A stretch of DNA of 62,939 nt, filler included, from Perkinsus chesapeaki ATCC PRA-425 (Eukaryota > Protista > Perkinsozoa), in NCBI GenBank assembly GCA_013115145.1. It is 11 parts of 11 records of this genome, joined end to end, with 100 filler letters (N's around TTAATTAATTAA, not from the genome) between each part and the next. Parts side by side here need not be neighbours in the genome. Positions count along the whole stretch, not along the records: positions 55,845 to 61,156 come from JAAPAO010001172.1; positions 61,257 to 62,939 come from JAAPAO010001829.1; 9 more parts are not named here. One strand, written 5' to 3'. The notes below the pieces were generated by a model, which had not been told where the DNA came from, did not search any database, and saw only the letters and a list, made by a program, of their open reading frames with translations. Position 1 is the first letter of the stretch. Each line of letters starts with the position of its first letter. A program made the translations under genes and the position numbers. This document shows, one piece after another, positions 60,801 through 62,939 of this stretch.

Positions 60801-61156
60801 TATGCTGCCCCCATTGTGGTAGATTTAGGCGCTCTCGCGTTCTAATCGCCGCTGGCACATCTCCGTCATCCAATTCTCTCCCTTTTTTTGTTTCAGAATA
60901 CCCCCTCTGCTCTCGGCGGGACTCGTATTGACGTGTATGTAGTCTGCATCTGAATGGACGTATTTGAATCCATGCAGTACGAATCCTGCTTCTGTCAGAC
61001 TTATTGTCTTGCCGTTCACCTGTCCTCGATGTCTTCTCTGCTGGTCAGGTTCATCACTCCCAACTTTCACATTACCAAACCCACTTACGGGATGAACGCC
61101 ATCTCCGCGCTCCAACCTCACCTCGTCTTCTGTGCCTCCTGCAACGAACTTCAATT
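57803..61156 (-). mobile_element. 5'-truncated spliced gene of a probable Helitron-like element: post-Rep-like segment, PIF1 (SF1B) helicase and C-terminal GIY-YIG nuclease; about 1,070 aa visible
   Basis: Helicase motifs GPAGSGKT, GGRHIHSLFKIP, VFDEIG, TGDPLQLPPI, GTIHQTMGDTL and QVYVLFSRV. Nuclease motif GAVYLL..SYIGQTKDLKRRLREHN. Introns 59861-59902, 60083-60120 and 60214-60270, plus one -1 frame change at the A7 run 60883-60889, join four ORF-track fragments. Confidence 0.75.
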
Positions 61157-61256
61157 NNNNNNNNNNNNNNNNNNNNNNNNNNNNNNNNNNNNNNNNNNNN
61201 TTAATTAATTAANNNNNNNNNNNNNNNNNNNNNNNNNNNNNNNNNNNNNNNNNNNN

Positions 61257-62939
61257 ATTCAATCACTTATCATGCCTAACAGCTCTTCTTCAAGTGTTGA
61301 GTCTACCAGTTCGGGGGTTATTGCAAACAACACCGTATAAGACACTTGAGAGTATAGGGAGCCGGTCGATCACTTCTGCGACAAAGCGAATTTATGTGTG
61401 CGAGGGTGTGTGAACTTCTTATTCAACGCCTAACTCAGTCGCGTAAGTTGACCGAGCTAATCAAAAACTAAACTTCAAACTTTGCCGTTGCTATTCTATG
61501 ATTTGCCGATCATCGCCTCTGCTAGAGTCTCCATGCGCATTAATTGCCAACTTGTATCGTGGCAGCACAAGAACTGTTCAGTTCAGTAGCGGGTACAGTA
61601 TCCATTTCTCCGATCTAGAGCCCGTGCAGCTGTTCCGTGGAATCATTGTCGATGCCATAGGAAGTATGGCTCATACTGTATGAGTAGGCGAGCCAGTTGT
61701 TCCACGGACAGACATTGGATCTGCGATCTGTGGATCCATGATGGATCATGTACGCGCCATTTTTGTCATTTGTACGTCTCGGGACCAACTTGAATAGTTT
61801 AACTAATAAATCGCGAGCAGCCTCTCCCCACTCGGTCGCAAGTGTCGAGTTGAGGAACATCGGCGAAAGGAACCTGGTATGGACCTCTCCGGAAGCTAAC
61901 TATGGCCACCCACCAGAAAGCCCTCCTCGCTGTCCCGAACTCGCACAAAGGTTGTCTGAAGATCATCAATCACCACCCCCCTATTATCGCGGGAAATGAT
62001 TTAATCCCGTTTTTAGTTTAATTCGTTTAATCCGATTAAACTAGCTCGGCATCCACTGGGGTGACACAAGACAGACACTATAGATCACATGGGAAACCTT
62101 CAGCCCGCACGCCGGAGTGCGGAGATAGATATACACAGTCGGAAATGCGAACTCCCGAGAGGAGAGTATAGGGATATGAGATGAGACGGGCGATGAGCCT
62201 ATAGGGACCCGGTTAAAAAAGGTGGAAATAACGATCGCAACTAGAGATGCGTTATCACTCCTCTGCGATGAGTAAGCAACAGAAACCGCTGCGCGGGGCG
62301 AGCGAACACCCCTGTGGCGGACTAGTCGCACCGTATGCAAACACACGTAGCAAACCAAAAGTATTGACACCTTATAGTAAAAGCAGTTAGATTCTCACTG
62401 CAGTAGTCCTCCACTTTTCTCTTGCAGAGCTGATGCAGATTGACCTGTTCTGTGGAGTTATTGTCAAGGCCGTAGGAAGACTGACGTCCCACAGTGGATC
62501 GATGGAATCGTCCCACAACTACAGTTTATCACCCGCTTCAAGTTTGTGAGTCAAAACTATTGTTAATAGTCACTCAATGAGTCAATAGTACTCGATACTA
62601 TTCTATATACTAGTCTATACCGCTGTAAGCCTGAGAAAGTGAGCCTGACTATAGAAATGTACTTGGTAATATCGCTTTCGGTAGAGATGGATGCTACTAG
62701 CATCATGCTAGAGTAGACAACAAGTGTAACAGAAACAACTGGTGGATAGTGGAGGATCACTGTGATCCGACCACACGCCTTGAAAAACGTCTCTATGGCT
62801 AGACTCCTTTGCTGATACGCTATAGCTCGTAAGTCGTTGGCAAAGACTATCTTTCGCGAGGGCTACATGTAGTGACTTTTTAATCACCACAACACAACTC
62901 ACAAAGAGTTATTAAAGTTTAACCTTATTTATTGTATTT
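61257..62939. repeat. Non-coding, repeat-like contig with an internal degenerate duplication and a hairpin/CTAG motif
   Basis: 61630-61664 matches 62445-62479 at 29 of 35 positions, and 62301-62350 matches 17110-17159 at 43 of 50 positions. No convincing gene. Confidence 0.5.

Noticed and set aside
15903-61256. Gene neighbourhoods across TTAATTAATTAA spacers, and ORFs that run through N blocks ending in LIN
   Set aside because: The spacers are artificial six-frame-stop linkers, so adjacency across them and translations through them are not biological.
1-62939. Perkinsus/dinoflagellate spliced-leader sequence (CCGTAGCCAT..GGCTCAAG) or SL RNA gene, and rRNA genes
   Set aside because: Not found by eye on either strand. 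Degenerate relics could have been missed.

Overview
This is a eukaryotic draft-assembly window, not one continuous locus. Ten artificial linkers (about 44 N + TTAATTAATTAA + about 44 N) join 11 contig pieces, and there are three plain N gaps. The gene content and short GT-AG introns point to an alveolate protist, most consistent with Perkinsus (inference): eL41 with an apicomplexan-type N-terminal extension, a CRT-like transporter, a radial spoke head protein, a subtilisin and a Cys-domain mucin. Many real genes are spliced and appear only as fragments in the ORF track. Reconstructed by hand: RSPH4/6, two identical eL41 copies, a CRT-like transporter, an Smr-domain protein, ArgRS, a SUI1-domain protein, an AtuA-like/enoyl-CoA hydratase fusion, pantothenate kinase, an HMG-box protein, cathepsin Z, a TBC Rab-GAP, a subtilisin, a GBP2-like RRM protein, a mucin, tRNA-Glu(CTC) and tRNA-Leu(AAG). 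The best candidate for an undescribed system is at 57803-61156 (minus strand): a spliced, 5'-truncated gene of about 1,070 aa or more that joins a Helitron-like post-Rep segment, a PIF1 helicase and a C-terminal GIY-YIG nuclease, followed by an HPD-motif ORF. Other notable items are the AtuA-AtuE-like fusion with a stop codon inside the joining intron, an in-frame tandem array of 3' splice sites in RSPH4/6, and an extremely AT-rich contig that may be mitochondrial. All family assignments come from motif recognition; no database search was run.
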